From the sequence record JN673056: a DNA stretch of 64,000 nucleotides. One strand, written 5' to 3'. The position numbers and the translations under genes are program-made. Source of the DNA: Escherichia phage PhaxI. The notes below the pieces were generated by a model, which had not been told where the DNA came from, did not search any database, and was given only the letters and a program-made list of their open reading frames with translations. Of the stretch, positions 46,413 to 55,767 are shown piece after piece (the first letter of the stretch is position 1; each line of letters opens with the position of its first letter).

Positions 46413-46745
46413 TTACTTGCGCAGGGCAACCACGTATTCGGCAAGTTCACCCATGGTCGGGTCGTCGCCTTTACCGCCCAGCCAGCCATCAGAGATCTCG
46501 ACATTGAACTCTTCTTCTAGTTCCATGACGATTTCGATGGCATCAAGATCGTCGCCGCCGAGGTCTTTCTTGGTGCGGAGGCCAGCCAGTTTATCCAGGG
46601 CGTCATTCATAATCACTTCCGCGTCGACGATGCCTTTGATGCTGCTCTTGTCTTCGTCACTGACTTCCAGGTTCAGATTGTCAGTGGCGTACTGAGCCAG
46701 GTGACGCATTACTTCAACATAAGTTGGTTTGTTTGACATAAGCAT
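46413..46745 (-). CDS. Acyl-carrier-protein-like acidic protein with Asp in place of the phosphopantetheine-attachment Ser
   Basis: DLGGDDLDAIEIVMELEEEFNVEISD versus canonical ACP [26 protein letters not shown]. Confidence 0.5.
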   Translation of the reverse strand: MLMSNKPTYVEVMRHLAQYATDNLNLEVSDEDKSSIKGIVDAEVIMNDALDKLAGLRTKKDLGGDDLDAIEIVMELEEEFNVEISDGWLGGKGDDPTMGELAEYVVALRK

Positions 46746-46758
46746 ATCTCAAAATGAA

Positions 46759-46774
46759 GGCGGGTTTCCCCGCC
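46759..46774 (-). terminator. Stem-loop between the vWA gene and the ACP-like gene
   Basis: GGCGGGtttcCCCGCC. Confidence 0.45.
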
Positions 46775-46782
46775 AGTTGAAT

Positions 46783-48999
46783 TTAGATTTTGACTTCTTT
46801 TTCAGCCAGTTCGGCAGTGACGGTGTATTTCACCCCATCAACGTCCACATCCATAGTGGATTCTTCCAAATCCAGGTCGGTAAACCAACCATGGCCTGCA
46901 ACAATCCCATAAACTACCTTGGACAGCGTTTTGTTCAGAGATCGAACTTCGTTGATAGCTGCTTTTGCTGCATCACCAATCCAACTTTCGATCAGCTTTT
47001 TCTGAGTCTCTTCCGGTACGCTGGTGATCATCGGCGATTTAACAAACGCATTGTATTCGGCCAGGGCATTAGCGATCAGCTGATCAGCGACATTCAGTTT
47101 TTTACCGTCCGTCTGTTTTTTGATAACAGACGCGATGCTCGGCAGTGAAGATGCGCCTTTGATTTTCACATTCAATTCACGACTCATATAGACATCGGTT
47201 GATTCTACAGAAGAAGTCTTCGGTGAAAATCCATAGTCGCGAATGCCGTTTGCTGACAGGAAATCAGCCGCTTCTTTGCCATATTTTGAAGCCAGACCCG
47301 TAGCGTTGCCTTTTCCAACCAGTTCATCACGGTAGAATTTCAGAACTTTCTGTTTTGCCTTCAATGCTTCACGGCGCACATTGTCTGCAAAGAATTCAGC
47401 AGCACTGATATTCTTTGTCATGGCGCGGTTAACCATTGGGACACTTTCCAGATTTACAATGAAGACTTCCGGCCCACCAAACACATGAACACCCATGGCA
47501 GTCAAATCCTGTGCCACCTTAGCCCGAACAATCGGAGAATCTGCAGTGATAGGCATTGTTTTCAGGTTGATGATACCATCCTTGACAATGGTGTAATTGC
47601 GATAACGCCATGTATCCAGCTCTTCAGGAAGTTCATATTTCTTCTGTACAAACTCGGGCACAACAACCGTCCCGTGTTGAACTGTCTGCACACTGATGTT
47701 AGGACGTTCTGAATTATAGACCAAATTGCTGATCGGGACAATCCCTTTATCATCTGCTGGATTGAATTCCGGCGTCCAATCTTCGTGCTCGGCCAGTTTG
47801 AGCGCCAGGGCTTTACGCTCTTCTTTAGAAGTCGCATTCGCAATCTCTTCGGCCAACTTGTCTTCGGTGTCGTCAACTTTTTGTATAGTACCGCGCCCAA
47901 TGCTCTTGTAAGAGAATAGCGGATGCTTGGTGACGATAGAGACATCTGCTTCAGCCAAATACGTCAGAACATCAACAATGGTGGTGGCGTCTTCAGCCGG
48001 AACCATATTATAATCGATGCCATCAACTCCTCGCAGAGATTCGTCTACGATAGCCTGAGTCAGATCGACTTTGATGTTGGAGTAATCCTGCTTGGTGAAA
48101 CAGTTGCTGTATTGTTTGATGAAGCGGACGTCACCCGTTTTCTTCAGCGCAGCCCAAACCAAATCTGCGTCCATGGTATACACGCCGTAAAATGCCAGCA
48201 CGTATGCCGCTTGGATGTCTGCCAGATTATCCAGCTGGTCGATCATGTTGGGGTTTACAACCCACAGCTGAGAAACGCTTTCAGGGATGCTGACGTGGCC
48301 AATAGGGTGCTCTTCATCAGGATGCACAGCTAAAACAGTCGCCACGCCATTTTCAACATAAATGGCATGGGTGTAAACCAGGGGAACATCGACCACCACT
48401 TTCGGTGAAGAAGTTTTTAGCACGTTTTCCAATTCGGTCTGATATTCATTCTGGCCTTCGGCGAATACGTGGGTCGCACCAGAACGTTCTGCCATTAGCG
48501 CCAGCAGTTCGCGATTACAATACCAACCGTATTCGATGAAGGTAATGTTATCAAACGCTTTGGGCAGTACTTCAGCGGCATCCAGGATTTCATTAGAGCG
48601 CCAGCAGTTGTCATATCCGTCGGTCATGAACGCCAGGTTATTGACATAACCAGGTTTGTTCAGGCTCATCGCGGTTTCAGCAGCCAACTTCAGAGGTTCT
48701 ACAAATCCCGTACAACCTGACGGTTGCAGGAAGCGGTCAATCAGTTTATTGATTTCACTGAGATCGGTCGCGCTATTGATCTGACGGCCAGCGAATACCG
48801 TACCGAAATCACCACGGGATGAAAAGTAAAGAATGCTGACGGTATCTTCTGGTTTAACCAGAGACGGGAGATTTTCCTTCAGATGCTTACGGACTTCTGG
48901 AAGTGAAAGATACATGGACCGGGAGATATCCACAACGATTACATGGTTAGACGGTGCGACGGTCGCAACCGCATTCTTAAATGTTAATGATTCAATCAT
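46783..48999 (-). CDS. von Willebrand factor A (vWA) domain protein, ~740 aa
   Basis: N-terminal MIDAS-like HVIVVDISRSMY (DxSxS) plus downstream T and D positions; rest unassigned; start set at MIESLTF (GAAGGT RBS; the track ORF starts at 49035). Confidence 0.6.
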   Translation of the reverse strand: MIESLTFKNAVATVAPSNHVIVVDISRSMYLSLPEVRKHLKENLPSLVKPEDTVSILYFSSRGDFGTVFAGRQINSATDLSEINKLIDRFLQPSGCTGFVEPLKLAAETAMSLNKPGYVNNLAFMTDGYDNCWRSNEILDAAEVLPKAFDNITFIEYGWYCNRELLALMAERSGATHVFAEGQNEYQTELENVLKTSSPKVVVDVPLVYTHAIYVENGVATVLAVHPDEEHPIGHVSIPESVSQLWVVNPNMIDQLDNLADIQAAYVLAFYGVYTMDADLVWAALKKTGDVRFIKQYSNCFTKQDYSNIKVDLTQAIVDESLRGVDGIDYNMVPAEDATTIVDVLTYLAEADVSIVTKHPLFSYKSIGRGTIQKVDDTEDKLAEEIANATSKEERKALALKLAEHEDWTPEFNPADDKGIVPISNLVYNSERPNISVQTVQHGTVVVPEFVQKKYELPEELDTWRYRNYTIVKDGIINLKTMPITADSPIVRAKVAQDLTAMGVHVFGGPEVFIVNLESVPMVNRAMTKNISAAEFFADNVRREALKAKQKVLKFYRDELVGKGNATGLASKYGKEAADFLSANGIRDYGFSPKTSSVESTDVYMSRELNVKIKGASSLPSIASVIKKQTDGKKLNVADQLIANALAEYNAFVKSPMITSVPEETQKKLIESWIGDAAKAAINEVRSLNKTLSKVVYGIVAGHGWFTDLDLEESTMDVDVDGVKYTVTAELAEKEVKI

Positions 49000-49266
49000 C
49001 GTTATTACCTTCTTTGGTGGTTTGAGCGGCTTCACCTTCCGGCTTTGCCAGCATGTGTTCTATGAATTCGCGATTAGTTTCAATCTGTTGGATTAAAACT
49101 TCGCTGGGTTTAAACTGTGAGTCAAGAGAGTCAACTCTTGAACGCAAAAATGGTTTGGGCAAAGTAATTTCCCTCGCTTTACAATTGGGCCATTATACCT
49201 TGGCTTGTTAATTGAAACGCCCAGCAATTTGCCGGACGTTATTGATTTTGAAAGACTTTTGAAGAA

Positions 49267-49992
49267 TTACAAGTATGACACCACGATGGCTCTATACAGC
49301 GCCCCCACGGAATCACCAGGTTGGGCTTTCGGATCTAACAAGAATTTCTTAACACGATCACAAGCTGCTTGGCGTTTGTCTTCTGACAGGTCACACCACG
49401 GATAATCCCCTGAAGCAGCATTACACGTTTTCGCCAAACGCAGGACAAGTTCAGAATTTAGATCTTCAGAAGTCATAAACGAGCGAAGATACGCTTCCAC
49501 CAAAGATCTTGCTTCACCATTACGCCGTTCGTTATAACGTTCATTATCGGTGCGAACAAATTCAACTCGACATCCCCGACTTGGATCCTTGGGATGACGA
49601 AACACGACGGATTGTCCTTTACCCTCAAGGAATTCAGAACCACCCATCTCATGTATCGCTTCCCTTTCTGACACATATTCATCAATGTTGATCTTAGCAT
49701 CTTTGGCGGACACATCGATGATCTGCTTTTCTACTATCGCGCGATATGCTTCCAGTTCCCATAGTTGAGAAAGGGTCTTTTCATAGGCCAGCTGCTTGCC
49801 TATTTCTTCATCGAAGTGGCAGGGGTCTACCGATGTGGAACTATTCTTACCCCACACAATGAACCCATTGTCCATCTTGAAATGGCATGTAATGACGCGG
49901 TGACCACCAACTTCACGGTCTTCATAAATCACTTCGGCGATGTGGGACTTTAGAAGTTCTGGAGTGAGTTTAATCCCTTCACGATTACCCAT
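49267..49992 (-). CDS. Hypothetical protein
   Basis: 241-aa ORF. Confidence 0.45.
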   Translation of the reverse strand: MGNREGIKLTPELLKSHIAEVIYEDREVGGHRVITCHFKMDNGFIVWGKNSSTSVDPCHFDEEIGKQLAYEKTLSQLWELEAYRAIVEKQIIDVSAKDAKINIDEYVSEREAIHEMGGSEFLEGKGQSVVFRHPKDPSRGCRVEFVRTDNERYNERRNGEARSLVEAYLRSFMTSEDLNSELVLRLAKTCNAASGDYPWCDLSEDKRQAACDRVKKFLLDPKAQPGDSVGALYRAIVVSYL

Positions 49993-50236
49993 TATCCACC
50001 CCCACTTTCACTAAACGGTCTAGTAATTGGCGGATATTACGGGGGCAATGTTCTAGATCTTCATCAGACAAATACAGCACGTTGGTCTGAATATCTTTAA
50101 AAGTTGAAAGGTTATTCAACTCAGATTCGACGACGGTTTTCAATTGCGTATACGCTTCATCGCAATAATTTCGGCGGTTGCAGTCGGTCATTACCTGAGA
50201 TAACTTTTCAAAAGATTCTTGTATTTCCTTTGACAT
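49985..50236 (-). CDS. Hypothetical protein
   Basis: 83-aa ORF. Confidence 0.4.
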   Translation of the reverse strand: MSKEIQESFEKLSQVMTDCNRRNYCDEAYTQLKTVVESELNNLSTFKDIQTNVLYLSDEDLEHCPRNIRQLLDRLVKVGVDNG

Positions 50237-50246
50237 CGTTTGACAC

Positions 50247-50618
50247 CTATAGTTGGTTACACACAGATATTACTTTACGGCACGTGTCGATATCGAACAA
50301 GCCGATATGGCAATCGCGCTTCTTGATCCCCAGATTATGAGCCAGCCAGTTGTAAGCATCACTCCTGCTCCTCTGCCCACTTTTCCAGATAGGGTCAAAC
50401 GACCTATGAGCTTCCTGCTTAGCAGCACGGAGAGCGGCATTCGCCATCCTTCCCATAGGGGTCTTTCCATCACCATGTTTATGGCAACCGACTCGGGCGT
50501 CACATGGAGTGCACACCCAGAACTTCAGATTGCGGAGTTCAGGGCGGTGGGGGTATACAGCATCACCACTGACGTATTTGGCAGGAAGGCCGCAATAATC
50601 ACAGATGACAGGTTTCAT
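50247..50618 (-). CDS. Zinc-finger protein
   Basis: CDYCG...CTPCDARVGCH; start set at MKPVICDYCG because the upstream in-frame ATG lies inside a terminator hairpin. Confidence 0.45.
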   Translation of the reverse strand: MKPVICDYCGLPAKYVSGDAVYPHRPELRNLKFWVCTPCDARVGCHKHGDGKTPMGRMANAALRAAKQEAHRSFDPIWKSGQRSRSDAYNWLAHNLGIKKRDCHIGLFDIDTCRKVISVCNQL

Positions 50619-50635
50619 ATTCTTTGTCCAAAAGA

Positions 50636-50656
50636 AACCCCGCACACGGCGGGGTT
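50636..50656 (-). terminator. Rho-independent terminator
   Basis: aaCCCCGCacacgGCGGGGtt with a T-run on the minus strand. Confidence 0.5.
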
Positions 50657-50677
50657 GCTTAGGCCGAGGCCGACAGA

Positions 50678-51049
50678 TTATTTCAGGAGTTTTTCCAGTT
50701 CTTCAACAGAGAGACCTTCCAGTTCCTGCTGTTTCTTACGCTGGATCAGTTCCATGATCGCCTGGTTATTCGCTTTGCGTTCGGCGGCGGTTGCGCTTTC
50801 GTCACGTTCTTTCAATTTGACACCGATGATCGCTTTCACGATATCGAAACGCAGTTGTAACTGAGAGTCGACTGCGCTTTTCACGCCGATGAAATCTTCT
50901 TCATCGCTGGCGGCTTCCTTCACCTGACGGCTGAGGTCTTTCGCCAGTTCGTTTAGGGCATTCAGGTTCAGATCCCAAACCTGCTCAACAGATAGCAGAC
51001 CTTTGTTAGAGTTGAAACGCAGTTTTAAACGGGTTGCTTGATCAAACAT
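50678..51049 (-). CDS. Hypothetical protein
   Basis: 123-aa ORF, predicted helical. Confidence 0.45.
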   Translation of the reverse strand: MFDQATRLKLRFNSNKGLLSVEQVWDLNLNALNELAKDLSRQVKEAASDEEDFIGVKSAVDSQLQLRFDIVKAIIGVKLKERDESATAAERKANNQAIMELIQRKKQQELEGLSVEELEKLLK

Positions 51050-51086
51050 TTCATTGTTCCTTATTACGAATTTGTGGTCAAATCAA

Positions 51087-53105
51087 TTAGAAAATGACTT
51101 TTACAGTACGGTTAAACGCGCCGGACACTTTGACGAACACGTGGTTGCGTTGCGTCGTCGAGAATCCCAGACCGGACAGTTGGTTTTCATTCGGCTGGAC
51201 TTTCATTTTACTACCCAACATTTCAAAAACCTTACGATGTTTATCCAGTTCCGGCTTCAGATATTCGTTGTAGAAACCACGAGTACCTTCAGGATTAGCA
51301 CAGCCTTCCAGGATGAAGAACACGTGCTTGTTGCCTGTCTGCTCGCCATCCCAATGGTTTGGTGAGTTCAGGACCAGCTGTACTTTCTGGAAGGTCGCAG
51401 TCTTGATACCCCAAACTTCTTTAGACTTATCAACATTAGCCAGTTCGGACTTAATGCCAACAACTTGTTTGTCTTTAACAGTCAAGATGACTGCGGTGAT
51501 ACGTCCCTGATCTTTCAGGCCAGGATGGCTGAAACGATGCGTTGCGCCTTTGTATTCTACTTCGACTTCAAACCCTTCGTCGATTTTTTCACGTTGATTG
51601 TAGTTGTGGATTTCGAAACGGTATTCACCATCGCGCAGCTTGCTTTCATCTGTAAAGATGATATTTTCCACCGGAGCGCGGTTTGGATCAATACCATCCA
51701 TACCGTTCATATCGATATCCAGATGGGCACCTGTCATAGAGCGGCGATCGCGGAAGTAAACGTGCTCCATGTTGTTGAACATATGCAGATCGAGGTCGTC
51801 GTTATTGTGCCACGCCAAGGAAACGCGCAGATACCCGTCAACTTTACCGCCAGCAGCCTTTACACGTTCTTTAATGGAATCGGTCACTTCACCGTTGTAA
51901 GACCAGGAGAACCCGTTGTTCCACTTGAACAGGTTAGGCGCATCTGGGTTCGCCGGAGCAACCAGGGACATCAGGTTGCTAGTATGAGAATTCTCTACAA
52001 GCACTTCCATTGAATGCGCTTTTGGCAGAACATTGCTCAGGAAATCATCAACGCTGATCTCTTCAACTTTTTCCAGGGACTTGGTCGGAGTTTTCACTTC
52101 GGCGGCCAGCTGTGCAAACGGATCCATCGCTTTCTGAGCAGCCAGATCTGCGAACAGAACGTTGTTGATTGTCAGATCATCGTAAACCGCATAACGACGC
52201 GCCAGTGAGTCTTCCAAACCCAGAGCAATAACTTCTTTCTGAGCGTTTTCGATCATGGATTTTGAAACCAGCGCTGTCGGACGTTTGTAGTTCGCCGGAG
52301 CAACTTTGGATTCAAACGATTTAACAGCCTTTTCCAGTTCCACGCCTTCACTGATATCTGTCAGCAGAGTGCCGATAACTGTGTTGCGGATGCCGTGTGG
52401 AACATGATTGTTTGAACGGTATCCAGTATGCCATGCCCAAAGAGAACGGGCTGATTCGGGGACTTGTTCATATGCCTTTTTGGTTTCAACAAATCCCTTC
52501 ACTGCTGCTTTGTGTTCTGCGCCGCGATACAGAGAATTCTGGTCAATCAGTTCCAGAACGATTTCAGCTGATTCCAGAGTAATTTCACGCAGACCGCGTT
52601 CAAACAATTCAATAGCCTGGCGGATTTCACCTTTTTTCGAAGCGATTGCGTCCGGACGCAGAACATAGCTACCAAGTAATTGGGTATGGAAATGATTGTA
52701 AGTACGGATTTTGCCATCTTCACCAGATTCGTGATTGTGAGACAGGCCGACTTTGGCAGAATCGTTAAAATAAACATCGACGATTGCGTGTTGTTTGACA
52801 TACGCGGAAAGAGCCGCAGCCACCACGTCATATTCATTACCCAGATCAATGTTGTCCCAGATAGAAATTACGTTCAGTTCTGAATCGATGGTGACAACAC
52901 CGCCGATGTTACGGATGAATTGTTTACAGCAGGTGCAATCGTGTTCAGTACGTTCGCGGTACAGCGGGTTAGTACCAGCAGGGAAAGATGCCAGATACAG
53001 ATCCCAAAGAGCATCTTTATCGATATTGGTCATGAACAGACCAGTTGCGGACATCGCCAGCACGTTGTTATTAACTGCCGTTGCGAAGGGTTTGAATTCT
53101 GCCAT
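51087..53105 (-). CDS. Large hypothetical protein (672 aa)
   Basis: Long ORF; N-terminal HDCTCC; a KVDGYLR tract noted but not assignable to a family. Confidence 0.55.
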   Translation of the reverse strand: MAEFKPFATAVNNNVLAMSATGLFMTNIDKDALWDLYLASFPAGTNPLYRERTEHDCTCCKQFIRNIGGVVTIDSELNVISIWDNIDLGNEYDVVAAALSAYVKQHAIVDVYFNDSAKVGLSHNHESGEDGKIRTYNHFHTQLLGSYVLRPDAIASKKGEIRQAIELFERGLREITLESAEIVLELIDQNSLYRGAEHKAAVKGFVETKKAYEQVPESARSLWAWHTGYRSNNHVPHGIRNTVIGTLLTDISEGVELEKAVKSFESKVAPANYKRPTALVSKSMIENAQKEVIALGLEDSLARRYAVYDDLTINNVLFADLAAQKAMDPFAQLAAEVKTPTKSLEKVEEISVDDFLSNVLPKAHSMEVLVENSHTSNLMSLVAPANPDAPNLFKWNNGFSWSYNGEVTDSIKERVKAAGGKVDGYLRVSLAWHNNDDLDLHMFNNMEHVYFRDRRSMTGAHLDIDMNGMDGIDPNRAPVENIIFTDESKLRDGEYRFEIHNYNQREKIDEGFEVEVEYKGATHRFSHPGLKDQGRITAVILTVKDKQVVGIKSELANVDKSKEVWGIKTATFQKVQLVLNSPNHWDGEQTGNKHVFFILEGCANPEGTRGFYNEYLKPELDKHRKVFEMLGSKMKVQPNENQLSGLGFSTTQRNHVFVKVSGAFNRTVKVIF

Positions 53106-53201
53106 GGTATAGTCTTCCTGTTTCAGTTCAAAGTGAGCGCCCTTATCGGGGCGCGTCGTTAAAGTGAGGTCAATATACGCTGAAAAGATTTATTGAAAAG
53201 T

Positions 53202-53609
53202 TTAAACGGGAATCATGTTTACTCGAATACTTCTGAACTGTTTCCCGTCATAACTGGTGTAACCAACAACCGTAACTGATCTTGTTCCCTTTGGATAACC
53301 CTTTGGAGTACTCACAACGCGCACAGGGCGCTTGCTTTCTTTATCGTATTTCGAAATCAATTTCAAAAGATGTTTATCGATCTGGCTTAAACTATCACCA
53401 TACACGGTATATTGATATTGCTCGCAATTACCCAACAAAATGATAAATTTATAAATTTTGTCGACCAAAGATCGACATTTTGGATCATCATAATGATGCC
53501 GACAGACTTGACATTCATATTTCCCAGTATTCATGTTGAACAATTTTGTCGCCCGACTTGAACACGCTGGGCATACTTTCCATGAACGATGATGTTTTAC
53601 GGGTTTCAT
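53202..53609 (-). CDS. Zinc-ribbon protein
   Basis: CPACSS...CQVCRH (two CxxC pairs); 135 aa. Confidence 0.45.
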   Translation of the reverse strand: MKPVKHHRSWKVCPACSSRATKLFNMNTGKYECQVCRHHYDDPKCRSLVDKIYKFIILLGNCEQYQYTVYGDSLSQIDKHLLKLISKYDKESKRPVRVVSTPKGYPKGTRSVTVVGYTSYDGKQFRSIRVNMIPV

Positions 53610-54832
53610 TTTTTCATCTTCTCTAACAGATTAATAGAACGAACGGGAGTCTTCTGTAATGGCTGATTAACTTCACCACCATTATACCCCACCTTTCCTC
53701 GAGGTTTCTCCCCGCGCATCACCGCCTCAACGCAGCGGGTATATTTCTGAAGTTCACAGAACATGTTCTCCAACTGCATAACATTCATGCAACGGTCTTC
53801 CGGTTCTTCTGCCGACCAAAATTCATTACGTTTATACCCGTACTGAGCGAACAATTGATCTTGATGATCACGAACCCAGAATATGCATTCTTCATGCGTC
53901 ATGCCGTCCTTGTCCAAAAATAACAGATCGATACCAGCACGGCAACCTGGACCAGCGATAGTGAAGTGGTTTTCACTGAATGGATATTCATCGATGTATG
54001 TAAAATCAACCCAAATCTGGTATGCCAAGAATGGTCCAAGCCCCTCAATGTCGTCATACATCGCCTGGTAAACAGAGTCGGGACGGCTAAATTCCCTGAG
54101 GCGATCAAAGTAATGAGGGTGTTTGTTGACGAATGCCTTCAAAGAGCGGATGACTCGCATCGGCATGTATGGTTCCCAGCCTTCTATTTTGTATTCACCA
54201 GGATTATCTTCGGCCAGCTTCTTGGCAACCTTGTAATCCATTTCATCTATAACACCGCCAACCCGATGGACTTTTACCTTCATGCCGCCAAAGCGTTGCT
54301 CCTTGTGGTTGACAACTAGTTCAGGGAAAGCCAGGCATTGTTTCAGACCGCCTGTATTAAACGCATTGGTGAAAACTTTGCCACCTTTAGATTCGAATTC
54401 CTGAAGAACATCTCGACACCATTCAAGATTTATGTTTCCGAATTCTTCGATCGTCCATGGACCACCCAAAGCCTGTATAGGTTCCCACATGTTGTACATG
54501 CGGAACAATACACAGTTGAACATTTTGTCAGATAGCGTGAGATCCTGATCGAGGATGATATTATTGATCAAATTTCGAGACTGCCTATCGTGCTCTCTCC
54601 GGACGTTACAGAACTTGACCTGCCGTAGTATGGGATTATCCGTCCAAGGAGCAGGAAGACGCTGGACGTCCTTTCTCACGTGGATCTTATAACGCTCGCT
54701 CATCCATTCGTATGCGAGTTGTTTATGGAATGGGCTTAACATGGGATGTGCAGATTTAATTTTAACTTCCCGAACACCGCAATAAGGAATGTCACACGGT
54801 TTATCTTTCATGGTATCCTCTCTAGAATACAA
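53606..54832 (-). CDS. Hypothetical protein (408 aa)
   Basis: Long ORF with no recognised motif. Confidence 0.5.
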   Translation of the reverse strand: MYSREDTMKDKPCDIPYCGVREVKIKSAHPMLSPFHKQLAYEWMSERYKIHVRKDVQRLPAPWTDNPILRQVKFCNVRREHDRQSRNLINNIILDQDLTLSDKMFNCVLFRMYNMWEPIQALGGPWTIEEFGNINLEWCRDVLQEFESKGGKVFTNAFNTGGLKQCLAFPELVVNHKEQRFGGMKVKVHRVGGVIDEMDYKVAKKLAEDNPGEYKIEGWEPYMPMRVIRSLKAFVNKHPHYFDRLREFSRPDSVYQAMYDDIEGLGPFLAYQIWVDFTYIDEYPFSENHFTIAGPGCRAGIDLLFLDKDGMTHEECIFWVRDHQDQLFAQYGYKRNEFWSAEEPEDRCMNVMQLENMFCELQKYTRCVEAVMRGEKPRGKVGYNGGEVNQPLQKTPVRSINLLEKMKK

Positions 54833-54881
54833 AAAACAGAGGCCATTATAGCCTCTGTTGTTTAGTGAATAACGGATTATA

Positions 54882-55754
54882 TTAATCGAAGCGAGAGAGG
54901 TGTGTCACAGTGTTTTGAACAGGTGCGCACGCGTATACACGAACATTAGCACCCCACACCCCACACAGCTTAGGCATATTGGTATCGTTAATGATATACG
55001 CTGGCACATAACTTTCAATTTGGCCGTTAACATCTACGGGTCGAGAAGATTTTTCAACTGCCATAGAAAGAATTATTTCCAACGTTTTTGGAGATACCAA
55101 ACGCCACGCCGTCAAATCATCAACAAATACCTGACCTTCTTCAATTGCCATGCTGGCAACGATGTCATTGATCTGACGGGAAGGGGTATTCGTCAGCATA
55201 TCAGAGAAATCAGGCTCTTTGAACACAGCCATGTTTTTCAGGAATTTTCCTTTCGGATATTCTTTGCCATTCCACATCACAGTCTCATTCACTTTGATGC
55301 ATGCCTGAGGGAATTCACCTTCAACGCGTAACTGGCCAACTGGGAAACCGCGTGAATAATAATATTCCAGTGCCGGACCGACTTCATCTTCTGAGCGAAT
55401 AAATTTGCTCATGTTGGAGGCATAAACACGCTGCAAGCACTCATCGCCGTTGAAACCAGCAATGTGTGCCACGCCGTCATTGACTGTTGTGATGTCGCCC
55501 TGAGCGTCCAAAATCTGGCGCATAATGTCTTTGATGTCGACAACAGCAGGTTCTTTCAGGACTCGCGGAGATGCAGTGAACTCAATTTTCACCTCGTGGT
55601 CGAAATAAGCCGCTTCCAGTAATTCGCGGGTCTCTTCCAGAACCAGTTTGGCCTGATTGCGAATTTTACCGAAGTCAGGGGCTGTAATATCTCCAGCCGC
55701 ATTACCAAAAGCCAAATTCAGTCTCACGTTTTTATTAAATGTAGTTGTCATAAT
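54882..55754 (-). CDS. Hypothetical protein (N-terminal MazG-like helical motif; weak)
   Basis: Start set at MTTTFNK; KLVLEETRELLEAAYF; the track ORF extends to 55838, overlapping regA. Confidence 0.45.
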   Translation of the reverse strand: MMTTTFNKNVRLNLAFGNAAGDITAPDFGKIRNQAKLVLEETRELLEAAYFDHEVKIEFTASPRVLKEPAVVDIKDIMRQILDAQGDITTVNDGVAHIAGFNGDECLQRVYASNMSKFIRSEDEVGPALEYYYSRGFPVGQLRVEGEFPQACIKVNETVMWNGKEYPKGKFLKNMAVFKEPDFSDMLTNTPSRQINDIVASMAIEEGQVFVDDLTAWRLVSPKTLEIILSMAVEKSSRPVDVNGQIESYVPAYIINDTNMPKLCGVWGANVRVYACAPVQNTVTHLSRFD

Positions 55755-55767
55755 ATAGCGACTCCAG

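Noticed and set aside
51087-53105. KVDGYLR tract resembling the KxDG motif I of ligases/capping enzymes
   Set aside because: Spacing to the Arg is off and no downstream motifs III-V were found; not called as a ligase
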